From an uncultured Methylomirabilota bacterium (lineage in GTDB: Bacteria; Methylomirabilota; Methylomirabilia; Methylomirabilales; 2-02-FULL-66-22), in the NCBI GenBank assembly GCA_963705305.1, contig OY970067.1:3744001-3808000 (forward strand): DNA of 64,000 bases, in the 5' to 3' direction. Made by a program: the position numbers and the translations under genes. Each line of letters begins with the position of its first letter. Within the stretch, counting starts at the first letter, position 1. Positions 48,626 to 57,154 of the stretch are shown here, piece after piece. The notes beneath the pieces were generated by a model. That model was given only the letters and a program-made list of their open reading frames with translations. It did not search any database and was not told the origin of the DNA.

Positions 48626-49774
48626 ATGCAGTCGCCCCGCCTTGATCGTGCGGCGGTGCTCGATCTCCTTCAGCAGTTGATCCGCATCCCCTCCGTAAAT
48701 CCCTCACTCGTTCCGGAGGAGGCATCCGGGGAGGCCGCCATCGCCGCCTTCGCCCGCGACTGGCTGGCCGAGCATGGCCTCCGGGCCTGGCTGGAAGAGG
48801 CGGCCCCCGGCCGGCCGAACGCCGTGGCCGAAGTGGGCGGCGGCGAAGGTCCGACCCTGGTTTTCTGCGCCCACTTGGATACAGTCGGAACGGCCGGGAT
48901 GACCATTTCCGCGTTCGAGCCCCGCCTGGAAAGGGGCCGCGTCTACGGCCGGGGAAGCTACGACATGAAGGGGAGCGTCGCCGCTGTGATGGCCGCGGCG
49001 GTCGCCCTGGCCGGCGAGGGGCTCGGGGGTCGAGTCCTGTTGGCGCTGGTGGCGGATGAGGAGTACGCCAGTGTGGGGGCCGCCGACTTCGTGCGGCGCC
49101 ACCGGGCAGACGCCTGCGTCCTTACCGAGCCCAGCGAAAGGAGGCTCATTCTCGGCCATAAGGGATTCGTATGGGCGGAAGTACTGACAACCGGCCGGGC
49201 CGCCCACGGCAGCCGCTGGGACCTCGGGGTGAGCGCCATCGGCAAGATGGGACGCATCATCGCCGCACTCGAGCTGTTCGACCGGCAGGCGCTCCGGGAA
49301 CGGGTGCACCCCCTGATGGGCCCGGCTTCCCTGCACTGCGCCCTCGTCCAGGGCGGTGCCGGCCTCTCGACCTACGCCCCCGAGTGCCGCCTTCAGGTGG
49401 AGCGGCGGACGCTGCCCGGCGAGACCCCCGAGCAGGTCCGCCAAGAACTGGAAGCGGTCGTCCGGCAGGCCGGCGAGGAGGCGGAGGTTCGGTGCTTCTT
49501 CGACCGGATGCCCCTTCTGTGCGATCGGGAGGCGCCGGTGGTCCATTGCGTCCGGGCGGCGGCGGCGGCCGTGACCGGGCAGCCGCCTGTCGAGGCCGGC
49601 GTTCCGTACTGGACGGATGCCGCTATCTTTGCCGCGGCCGGGATCCCCACCGTGGACTATGGCCCCGCCGGGGCCGGCGCACACGAGCCAGTGGAGTGGG
49701 TGGACCTGGACTCTGTCCTCACCTGCGCGGAGGTCCTCGTCGAAGCAGCCCGCCGGTTCTGCCGGCCGGCCTGA
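48626..49774 (+). CDS. M20-family metallo-amidohydrolase (ArgE/DapE-like)
   Basis: AHLDTV, GRGSYDMKG, DEE, TEP, GRAAHGS, AH. Confidence 0.92.
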   Translation: MQSPRLDRAAVLDLLQQLIRIPSVNPSLVPEEASGEAAIAAFARDWLAEHGLRAWLEEAAPGRPNAVAEVGGGEGPTLVFCAHLDTVGTAGMTISAFEPRLERGRVYGRGSYDMKGSVAAVMAAAVALAGEGLGGRVLLALVADEEYASVGAADFVRRHRADACVLTEPSERRLILGHKGFVWAEVLTTGRAAHGSRWDLGVSAIGKMGRIIAALELFDRQALRERVHPLMGPASLHCALVQGGAGLSTYAPECRLQVERRTLPGETPEQVRQELEAVVRQAGEEAEVRCFFDRMPLLCDREAPVVHCVRAAAAAVTGQPPVEAGVPYWTDAAIFAAAGIPTVDYGPAGAGAHEPVEWVDLDSVLTCAEVLVEAARRFCRPA

Positions 49775-49975
49775 CGCGTCCGAAGATTTTGTCCCATGTC
49801 GAGCTGGCGCGCGAATCTTCGCCTGAAACGTTGCCAGGGCAGGTTTCGTACTGAAGCATGGGAGGATCGTCTATCGCCAAACATTCGCGCATACTGGCGC
49901 CGCGCTCCGGGGGCGGACCGTCAATGCCCGCGGAATGGAAGCGGGGAGAACCTTCTACATATGGGAGGTTGACGA

Positions 49976-50467
49976 ATGGTGAGCACGAGAGTCTGGCTGG
50001 TGGTTTTGAGCGCAATCTTCATAGCAGGAGGCCTGATATTCGGTTGGCCGCAGCAGGCGATCTCTGCTGCAGCCGCGGCGGAAAAGCCGATGGTCTATAA
50101 CCATATCACCACCGAAGGCTCGAGCATGGATGCGTTGGCCCACCGCATCTATGATCCAGACTACAAGGTGGTGGACTTCAGGGACAAAGATGGCGTCTAC
50201 ATTCCTCCGGTCCTGAAGTCTGGCTTCCCGCCCCTGGACCCCAAGGATTCCAATGGCGCGCCAATCAAGGGTAAAGTCGTGGCATTTTTCATCGTCGCGG
50301 CCACTGGCCACATTGAAAAGCCAGTTATCGTCCAGACTACGGACGAACGGCTGAAAAAGGCTGTCCTTGACGCCCTGAACGACTGGATTTTCCAGCCGGG
50401 CCGGGTGAATGGAAAGGATGTCTCCACGATTGGCGGGGAGGAGTTTGAGATCCCCCAGGCCCCATAG
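49976..50467 (+). CDS. Exported protein with a TonB C-terminal domain
   Basis: Signal peptide; GKVVAFFIV...G...AVLDALNDWIFQPG. Confidence 0.7.
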   Translation: MVSTRVWLVVLSAIFIAGGLIFGWPQQAISAAAAAEKPMVYNHITTEGSSMDALAHRIYDPDYKVVDFRDKDGVYIPPVLKSGFPPLDPKDSNGAPIKGKVVAFFIVAATGHIEKPVIVQTTDERLKKAVLDALNDWIFQPGRVNGKDVSTIGGEEFEIPQAP

Positions 50468-50601
50468 CCCAGGGCCTCCCCGAACCGGACCATGCCAGCT
50501 CTTGACGGCGCGGGTGAGGGCCCGGGGCGACGCCCCGTCGCAGGAATGTCAGCCGGCCATTGATGGCCCTCTCAGCACCACTGGCAGCGAAGCGCCCGGA
50601 C

Positions 50602-51114
50602 TCAGTCGACTAGCACCAGCCCGTAGTAGTGCTGTGCATCCCTCTCGTGACGTACGACCTCGATCGGAAAGCCATTGGCCCGGACCGTGGCGAAGACGTC
50701 TATGCCGCAAGCCTCCATGGACGGCCGGGCATCGTCAGGGTGGCGGCAGCTCTCGAAGTCACATTGGCTGCAGCCGCGGCAGGGTCCGGCTCCAAAGGCC
50801 AGGGCTTTGTAGAATCCCGCCAGGAAAAGCTCCCGCTCCAGCGGGGCCACGATCTTGGTCGGACGGGTCCATCTGCCTCGACAGTGAATCAAGAGCGCCC
50901 GCCGGTAGCAGTCGATCACCCTGGCAGTCTCCTCGGGAGCGGGTGAATGGGGCGGACAGCAGCGACTGGAGCCCCACCCGTCGCATCCGTACCGGCACTT
51001 CAGGCGCACCCATGGGGCCGTGACAACGGTTGCGGCGCGAATCACCTTCGCCCCATCGGCCCCCAGCTCACGAGCCCGCTCAACGAACGCCGACAGTCGG
51101 GGTTTCGTTTTCAT
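50602..51114 (-). CDS. DUF2284-family Cys-rich metal-binding protein
   Basis: KCRYGC, CCPP, GPCRGCSQC, RPSMEACGIDV. Confidence 0.85.
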   Translation of the reverse strand: MKTKPRLSAFVERARELGADGAKVIRAATVVTAPWVRLKCRYGCDGWGSSRCCPPHSPAPEETARVIDCYRRALLIHCRGRWTRPTKIVAPLERELFLAGFYKALAFGAGPCRGCSQCDFESCRHPDDARPSMEACGIDVFATVRANGFPIEVVRHERDAQHYYGLVLVD

Positions 51115-51252
51115 GATGCTTTTCTTTCTGCGGGAAGGCCGGCCGCATGACTTCTGCGAGCCGCCACGGCTCGCCGGGCAGGGCGCGGCCCCCCCGGACG
51201 GCTGGGGTCATCCCCCGGACCTCCCGTCCGAGCGACCCGGGGCGGAAGAGCG

Positions 51253-52110
51253 CTACCGGTTCTCGCTCGCGGGGTAGTCCGCGCCGAGGCTCGTCTGCTT
51301 CCAGGCCTCGATCTCTCCGAGCTTTTCTGTCAGGCTCTTGCGCACGTTCTCAAAGCCGACGGCACCCAGCACCAGATGGCGCGGCGGGTTGGAGGCTTGC
51401 ACCGCGTCGATGATCGCCTTTCCGGCGCGAACCGGATCGCCGGGCTGGACCCCGCTGCGGGCGGCCAATTGCCGCAGGCGCGCATTCACCGTCGACTCGT
51501 ACTCCTGAAATCGGCTCACATTTGGTTTGAGCGAGCGCCCGGCGAAGTCGGTGCGGAACGGCCCGGGCTCGATACAGAGCACCCGGATCCCGAGAGGCTC
51601 CGCCTCTTTGGCCAGCGCATCCGACAGCCCCTCGACGGCGTGCTTCGTTGCCGCGTAGTAGCCCGAACCGGCGAAACCGATGAACCCGCCGACGGAGGAG
51701 ATGTTGACGATGCACCCGCGCCGCCGCGCACGCATCCCGGGCAGCACCGCCCGAACCATCGCGGCCAGTCCGAACACATTCGTGTCGAACATGGCGCGGA
51801 TGGCCGCGTCGTCCCCCTCCTCGACCAACGTCATATAGCCATACCCGGCGTTGTTCACGAGAACGTCGATACCCCCCAGTCGGGATTCCGCTGTCTGAAC
51901 GGCCGCCGCGATCTGCGCCGGGACGGTCACGTCAAGCGCCAACGCGAGGCCGCGGCCGGCATGCGCAGCCGTTAGGTCTTCGATGCGGCGCGGGTCCCTG
52001 GCGGTCACGGCGGCGCGCCATCCGCGGTCGAGGACTAGCGCTGCGAGGGCCCGGCCGAAGCCGGTCGAGCAGCCGGTGATGAGCCAGACGGGAACGTGCT
52101 CGGATGTCAT
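51253..52110 (-). CDS. Short-chain dehydrogenase/reductase
   Basis: TGCSTGFG, NNAG, YAATK, EPGPFRT. Confidence 0.93.
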   Translation of the reverse strand: MTSEHVPVWLITGCSTGFGRALAALVLDRGWRAAVTARDPRRIEDLTAAHAGRGLALALDVTVPAQIAAAVQTAESRLGGIDVLVNNAGYGYMTLVEEGDDAAIRAMFDTNVFGLAAMVRAVLPGMRARRRGCIVNISSVGGFIGFAGSGYYAATKHAVEGLSDALAKEAEPLGIRVLCIEPGPFRTDFAGRSLKPNVSRFQEYESTVNARLRQLAARSGVQPGDPVRAGKAIIDAVQASNPPRHLVLGAVGFENVRKSLTEKLGEIEAWKQTSLGADYPASENR

Positions 52111-52347
52111 CGTGGGTCTCCTTTTCCTGAAAGGGATTTCCCCCCGGCCCGGATTCATCCGTGCCGGGGGTCCCGCAGCCTCGTTTGCCCGGAGTCCGGG
52201 AGGGCCCCAGGTCTCTCCAATCCCGGGGGAGTATACCTCCGAGTCCGCTCCGGAACAATCGGCCACTGCATCCGGCCAAGGGCTGGTGAAATCCGCAGGA
52301 AGGCGAAATCCCACTTGAGGTGGCCGGCGGCACGGCTTCCTGCTATT

Positions 52348-52615
52348 CTAGCAGGGTGCTGAAGAACTCGTTCTCGCTGAGGCTGCTCAAAAAGGCCCAG
52401 ATGTCCCTCGACTTCGCTCGGGACCGTGAGCCCGCCGAACGGCAAGGCGCCGCGCCGGGTACCCACCGGGCACCCTCTGGGTGGGGTGGGTGCAGGCGCG
52501 AGGCGTACTTAGCACGTACGTCGCAGCGCCGCGGGAGCGCGCGGGTACCCGGCCGAAGGCTGGGCACCCATCAGATGGGTACCCGGCAGATGGGACTTTT
52601 TCAGCAGCCTGCCAG
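52348..52615. mobile_element. MITE-like repeat with imperfect TIR and nested GGGTACC repeats
   Basis: CTAGCAGGGTGCTGAAGAA ... TTTTCAGCAGCCTGCCAG; internal similarity to 8670-8773. Confidence 0.65.
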
Positions 52616-52656
52616 ACCTCGACAGGGCACCTGTAGGTGCCGGGAGATCAGGACGC

Positions 52657-53670
52657 ATGAATACCAATCACACCCCCCGGCGGTTGGGCGGGCGGGGGCC
52701 CGACCTGTTCCCCCTCGGACTGGGCTGCATGGGGATGTCGGACTTTTACGGCCCTGCGGATCGAGCGGAGAGCCTCGCCACCATCCAGGCGTCCCTGGAG
52801 GCGGGGATCACCCTGCTCGACACGGGTGACTTCTACGGCATGGGGCACAATGAGCTGCTGCTGCGGGAGGCCCTCCAGGGCGGGAAGCGGGCGCGAGTCT
52901 TCCTCCAGGTGAAGTTCGGAGCGCAGCGCGATCCCGCGGGGACCTTCCTGGGCTACGATGCCCGGCCGGCGGCGGTGAAGACCGCCCTGGCCTACACGCT
53001 CCGGCGGCTGGGAACGGACTATGTGGACCTATACCAGCCGGCGCGCCTGGACCCGGCCGTTCCCATCGAGGAGACGGTTGGCGCCATTGCCCAGTGCGTG
53101 CAGGCCGGATACGTCCGCCACATCGGCCTCTCCGAGATGGGCGCGGGAACGATCCGCCGCGCGCATGCGGTACATCCTATCACCGCCGTGCAGATCGAAT
53201 ACTCACTCATGAGCCGAAGCCTCGAGAAGGCCATCCTCCCGACCGTGCGCGAGTTGGGCATCGGGATCACCGCCTACGGTGTCCTGTCCCGCGGACTCTT
53301 GAGCGGACCGGGCGCCCCGCCGGGCGCGCAGGATCTTCGCCGCCATTTCCCTCGCTTCCAGGGGGAGAATCTCGAGCGGAACCGGGGCCTGGTCGAGGGC
53401 CTGCGCGGGATCGCAGAGGCCAAGGGCGTCACCATCGCCCAGCTTGCCGTCGCCTGGGTGCTGGCGCAGGGGCGGGACATCCTTCCCCTCATCGGGGCCC
53501 GCACCCGGGCGCAGCTTCGGGAGGCGCTCGGCGCGCTCGAGCTCGTGCTCACCAAAGACGAGCTGGACCTGATCGCCCGGGCCGTGCCTGCCGACAGGGT
53601 GGCAGGCGACCGCTACGGTCCCGCGCAGATGGCCATGCTGGACAGCGAGCGGCCCGGCCCGCAAAGCTAA
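52657..53670 (+). CDS. Aldo/keto reductase
   Basis: GLGCMGMS, DTGDFYG, LRRLGTDYVDLY, IGLSE, QIEYS. Confidence 0.95.
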   Translation: MNTNHTPRRLGGRGPDLFPLGLGCMGMSDFYGPADRAESLATIQASLEAGITLLDTGDFYGMGHNELLLREALQGGKRARVFLQVKFGAQRDPAGTFLGYDARPAAVKTALAYTLRRLGTDYVDLYQPARLDPAVPIEETVGAIAQCVQAGYVRHIGLSEMGAGTIRRAHAVHPITAVQIEYSLMSRSLEKAILPTVRELGIGITAYGVLSRGLLSGPGAPPGAQDLRRHFPRFQGENLERNRGLVEGLRGIAEAKGVTIAQLAVAWVLAQGRDILPLIGARTRAQLREALGALELVLTKDELDLIARAVPADRVAGDRYGPAQMAMLDSERPGPQS

Positions 53671-53713
53671 CCTTGAACCAAAAAAGCTCTTGAACCGGCA
53701 TGACGCCGAGGAA

Positions 53714-54066
53714 AGAATTCGAATTTCGAAGTTCGAAATGCGAAATTGAAGAACGACGAGCCTAGCGCAAGACTCGGAATATTCGCACGCAAAGACGCAA
53801 AGGGCGCAAAGGAGAACGGGGATAGGTTCGGATCAGGAGTTCGAAATAGCTGGAGGTTCTTCTTGGCGATCTTGGCGTGAGAACAGGATCGGATCTTTCC
53901 TGGCGCCAGGCGTCAAGGGTCCAAAGGAAAAGCGAACAGGAAGGTGGATCACACGACTGCGGACCCCCCTCCGGGCCGTAGGCCCTACCTCCGGGGTGGA
54001 GCCCCTCCGGGGTGGAACCCGGGCCGGAGGCTGACCCCTGACTTCTGATCGCTGACGCCTGACCTC
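53714..54066. repeat. Cluster of short tandem/REP-like repeats
   Basis: TTCGAA heptamers, CGCAAAG/CTTGGCG inverted sets, CCTCCGGGGTGGA duplication, CTGAC heptamers. Confidence 0.55.
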
Positions 54067-54158
54067 CGCCTATTCATCGGCGCTTGCAGATTGGCGGCGA
54101 TATGTATAGAGTGTAAGGCCTCAGGGGCCGGAGGGAGACCGGGAGAGATAAGCGAGGT

Positions 54159-55403
54159 ATGGCAGAGGCGCTCATCCTCAGCAACGCATTCCTGATCGAT
54201 GGGACCGGGGCAGAGCCGAAAGAAGGCGCCATGGTTGTCGTAGCCGACGGCCTGATCCGGGAGGTGGCGGGACCCGGCGCCAGGCAGCCCGCCGGCCGCC
54301 GCATCGACCTCAAGGGCTTGACGATCATGCCCGGGCTGATCGATGCCCACGTCCACATCGGAAACATCGAGGTCCGGAACCATTTGACAGCGCAGCTCCC
54401 GCCGGCCGTCTATGTCCTGCGGGCCTGCCGGAACCTGGAAGCGGACCTTGATCTGGGTTTCACGACCGTCCGCGATGCGGCCGGACTGGATCCGGGCTTC
54501 CGGACGGCCATCGAACAGGGGCTGATCCGCGGTCCCCGGCTTCTGCTCAGCGTAACGCCGCTGTGCCAGTCGGGCGGCAGCACGCCCGTCCAGGGGTTCG
54601 GTCCGGACCGGCCGATGGCCCGGAATTCCCTGGGGGTGTATCCGGAGATCTGCGACGGACCGGACCAGGTCCGGGCCGCCGCCCGGCGAACGTTGGGCCG
54701 AGGCGCGGACCAGATCAAGGTTTTCGCGGATGGAGAGGTGCTGGCGGCGCAAGCATCCGACCGGGCCAAGCCCGGACAGTGGAAGTTCAGCGTCGAAGAG
54801 CTGCGCGCGGCGACGGAGGTGGCGCGGGCCGCCGGCACGTACGTGATGGCCCATGCCTATGCGCCACAAGCCATCCAGAATTGCGTGGCCGCCGGGGTCA
54901 GATCGGTCGAGCACGGAAACCTGCTGGACGAGGAGACGGCACGGCTGATGGCGGAGGCCGGGACATTCTTCGTACCGACGCTCACCACGTACGATCTCCT
55001 GATCGAGAGAGGGAAGGACTACGGCCTCGACGAATACAGCCTGGAAAAACTGGCTATTGTCGGCGAGTCCGGGCGCCGCGCGGTGGAGTTGGCCTGCCGC
55101 GCCGGGGTGAAGATCGCGTCGGGATCGGATATCGTCGGTCCGGACCAGGCCTTCAAGGGGCGAGAGCTGGCCGTCAAGGCAGAGATCCTGGGCGCCATGG
55201 GGGCGATCGTGTCGGCCACTCGGACGAATGCCGAGCTTCTCAATTGTGGCGACAGGCTGGGAACCGTCGAGCCGGGCAAGCTCGCGGACCTCATTGTGCT
55301 GGATGACAACCCGCTCGCGCACCCCAGTGTCTTCGCCGACGGGGCGGACAGGGTGCGCCTCGTCCTGAAGGAGGGGCATGTCGTAAAGAGGCTACTGGGT
55401 TGA
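54159..55403 (+). CDS. Metal-dependent amidohydrolase (prolidase-like)
   Basis: PGLIDAHVH, GFTTVRD, GADQIK, MAHA, EHG, SGSD, GKLADLIV. Confidence 0.93.
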   Translation: MAEALILSNAFLIDGTGAEPKEGAMVVVADGLIREVAGPGARQPAGRRIDLKGLTIMPGLIDAHVHIGNIEVRNHLTAQLPPAVYVLRACRNLEADLDLGFTTVRDAAGLDPGFRTAIEQGLIRGPRLLLSVTPLCQSGGSTPVQGFGPDRPMARNSLGVYPEICDGPDQVRAAARRTLGRGADQIKVFADGEVLAAQASDRAKPGQWKFSVEELRAATEVARAAGTYVMAHAYAPQAIQNCVAAGVRSVEHGNLLDEETARLMAEAGTFFVPTLTTYDLLIERGKDYGLDEYSLEKLAIVGESGRRAVELACRAGVKIASGSDIVGPDQAFKGRELAVKAEILGAMGAIVSATRTNAELLNCGDRLGTVEPGKLADLIVLDDNPLAHPSVFADGADRVRLVLKEGHVVKRLLG

Positions 55404-55478
55404 GGCGGAAGTCCGCCCGGCAGGATTTGCGGGCGGACGGCTGAAAGCCTGTACCGAACAGGCGAAAGGAGGAGCGAG

Positions 55479-55685
55479 ATGAATGGTACGAGCTGGACTG
55501 TTCGATTTGCCCATGCGAGCTTTGTGGTGTCGGCCGTCTGCCTGGTGGTTGCGGTCATCCTCAAGCTTGCAGGTGCCGAGATCGGGCCCATCTCGGTCCG
55601 GTCCCTGTATGCCGTAGCCATGATTCTGGGGGTGTACAGCGTCGCGTTCTCCCTGTGCGGCCAGGGAAAAACTAGCCAAAAATAG
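55479..55685 (+). CDS. Small two-TM membrane protein
   Basis: RBS AAGGAGGAG; two hydrophobic helices. Confidence 0.6.
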   Translation: MNGTSWTVRFAHASFVVSAVCLVVAVILKLAGAEIGPISVRSLYAVAMILGVYSVAFSLCGQGKTSQK

Positions 55686-55739
55686 GCTCTGACTGCGGAG
55701 CAAGCGACTCGTTCATTTCTTTTCTCGAGGAGGATCACC

Positions 55740-56243
55740 TTGACCGCTACCCGCGCATCCCGACTGCTTTCGTTCTTGATGGCCTGCACCGTTGTGAGCC
55801 TGACTGCTGCGGGGTGCGGTCTGTTCAAGCAGTCGAAAGGCCCTTCTCTTGAGCCGCAGCTGCCGGCGGCTTCGGCACCCGGACCCGCACCAGGAGCGGC
55901 ACCTGGGACTGCACCTCCGCCGAAAGCCGCTCCCGCGCCGCCACCGCCGCCTCCTCCACCGCCTCCGCCGCCCCCGACCCTTCAGGAGCGGGGCGCCAAG
56001 ATCGCCACCGAGGCAAAGTTGAAGGAACTGGTTCAAGGGAAGACCACGATAGAGGAGGTCCGGACGCTGTTCGGGGTGCCGCAGGAGATCGTCCTGTCTC
56101 CCGGGGTCGAGACGTATATCTACTACCGGGACAAGACGTTTGGCTGGTTCTTCCGAACGACGGATCGGGTCGAGATGCTCACCATCCGGTTCGACGCCAA
56201 GGGTCTCTTGAAAGACTTCGAGTACCGCTTCTCTGGAAGATAG
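55740..56243 (+). CDS. Lipoprotein with a Pro-rich linker and a SmpA/BamE-like domain
   Basis: RBS GAGGAGG with TTG start; lipobox AAGC; poly-Pro; GKTTIEEVRTLFGVP...LTIRFD..G. Confidence 0.7.
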   Translation: MTATRASRLLSFLMACTVVSLTAAGCGLFKQSKGPSLEPQLPAASAPGPAPGAAPGTAPPPKAAPAPPPPPPPPPPPPPTLQERGAKIATEAKLKELVQGKTTIEEVRTLFGVPQEIVLSPGVETYIYYRDKTFGWFFRTTDRVEMLTIRFDAKGLLKDFEYRFSGR

Positions 56244-56260
56244 CTCCGATTCTGACACCA

Positions 56261-56301
56261 GAGCCCCCGGAGCCCGGCCATGCAGCCGGGTCCGGGGGCT
56301 C
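56261..56301 (+). terminator. GC-rich hairpin after the lipoprotein gene
   Basis: GAGCCCCCGGA...TCCGGGGGCTC inverted repeat; no clear U tract. Confidence 0.4.
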
Positions 56302-56313
56302 AGTGTGCGCGAA

Positions 56314-56488
56314 GGCCCATCAAATTCCCCCGCCAGTGTACCAGGACCATCCCGCCCACCATCAGGCCGCCGCCATTCAAGGGTTTTGCTGTCGACGCCT
56401 TCTGACGGAACAAACCGCCCGGCAGCACTCCGAAATCCGCGCTGGGGCCCAGCGGTCCCTCCCGGCATGAGTTGGGGCTTGATCGGCC
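56314..56488 (+). ncRNA. Candidate structured RNA, possibly 6S RNA
   Basis: About 175-nt intergenic rod: GGCC.ATCAA/TTGAT.GGCC, CCCC/GGGG, GGACC/GGTCC, TGCTGTCG/CGGCAGCA with central bubbles. Confidence 0.4.
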
Positions 56489-56537
56489 GCCGCTGTCTTG
56501 GTAAATAAGAGGGACCAGTATGGGAGTGGAGGCTGCC

Positions 56538-56846
56538 ATGAGCCAAGAACCCGTCGAGCCGTTCGAGGTCATCTGCCCCTGCTGCCGTGCCAAGCTGCGG
56601 GTCGATCCGGGGCTCCAGACAGTTCTTTCCCACGAACCGCCCCCCATCGAGCACAGCGTGAAGGACCTCACGGAAGCCTTGAAAGGTCTGAAGGGCGAGG
56701 CGGCGCAGCGCGAGGCCAGATTTCAAGAGTCCATGAAGGCCGAGAAAAGCAAGAAGGATGTGTTGAACAAGAAGTTTCAGGACGCGCTGAAGCGATCCAA
56801 GGACGAGCCGGTGACGCGGCCTGTCCGGGACATCGATCTGGATTAG
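56538..56846 (+). CDS. Hypothetical protein with N-terminal CPCC and a coiled coil
   Basis: RBS GGAGG; ICPCCRAKLRVD; charged helical C-terminus. Confidence 0.75.
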   Translation: MSQEPVEPFEVICPCCRAKLRVDPGLQTVLSHEPPPIEHSVKDLTEALKGLKGEAAQREARFQESMKAEKSKKDVLNKKFQDALKRSKDEPVTRPVRDIDLD

Positions 56847-57154
56847 CCTCAGGCAGAAAGGACTGCCTAACTGCCATGACGCCAAGATCGCCCTTTTCAA
56901 TCTCCAAATTCGAACTTTGTATTCGAATTTTCTCCTTGGCGGCTTGGCGGTGAGATATCCTTAGGAGTGGGGTTATGGGGATGGGCGCCCGCTTGGCGCC
57001 CATCCGCGAGGGCGCTTCCAGGAGAGGTGCCGCGGGCGCCCTGGTGGCTGTGACTGATGCGGTGATATCCGGCGCCTCCATCGGGCGATGATTTCCCAGG
57101 GGCCTTGCGAACGCGTCGGTCGAATCCAGGACCCATCGGGGTGGGGGGTCCGTC

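Noticed and set aside
48626..49774. M20 hydrolase as the leader peptidase of the RiPP
   Set aside because: It has host-like GC-rich composition, its own RBS and ArgE/DapE-like motifs; nothing beyond adjacency links it to the cassette.
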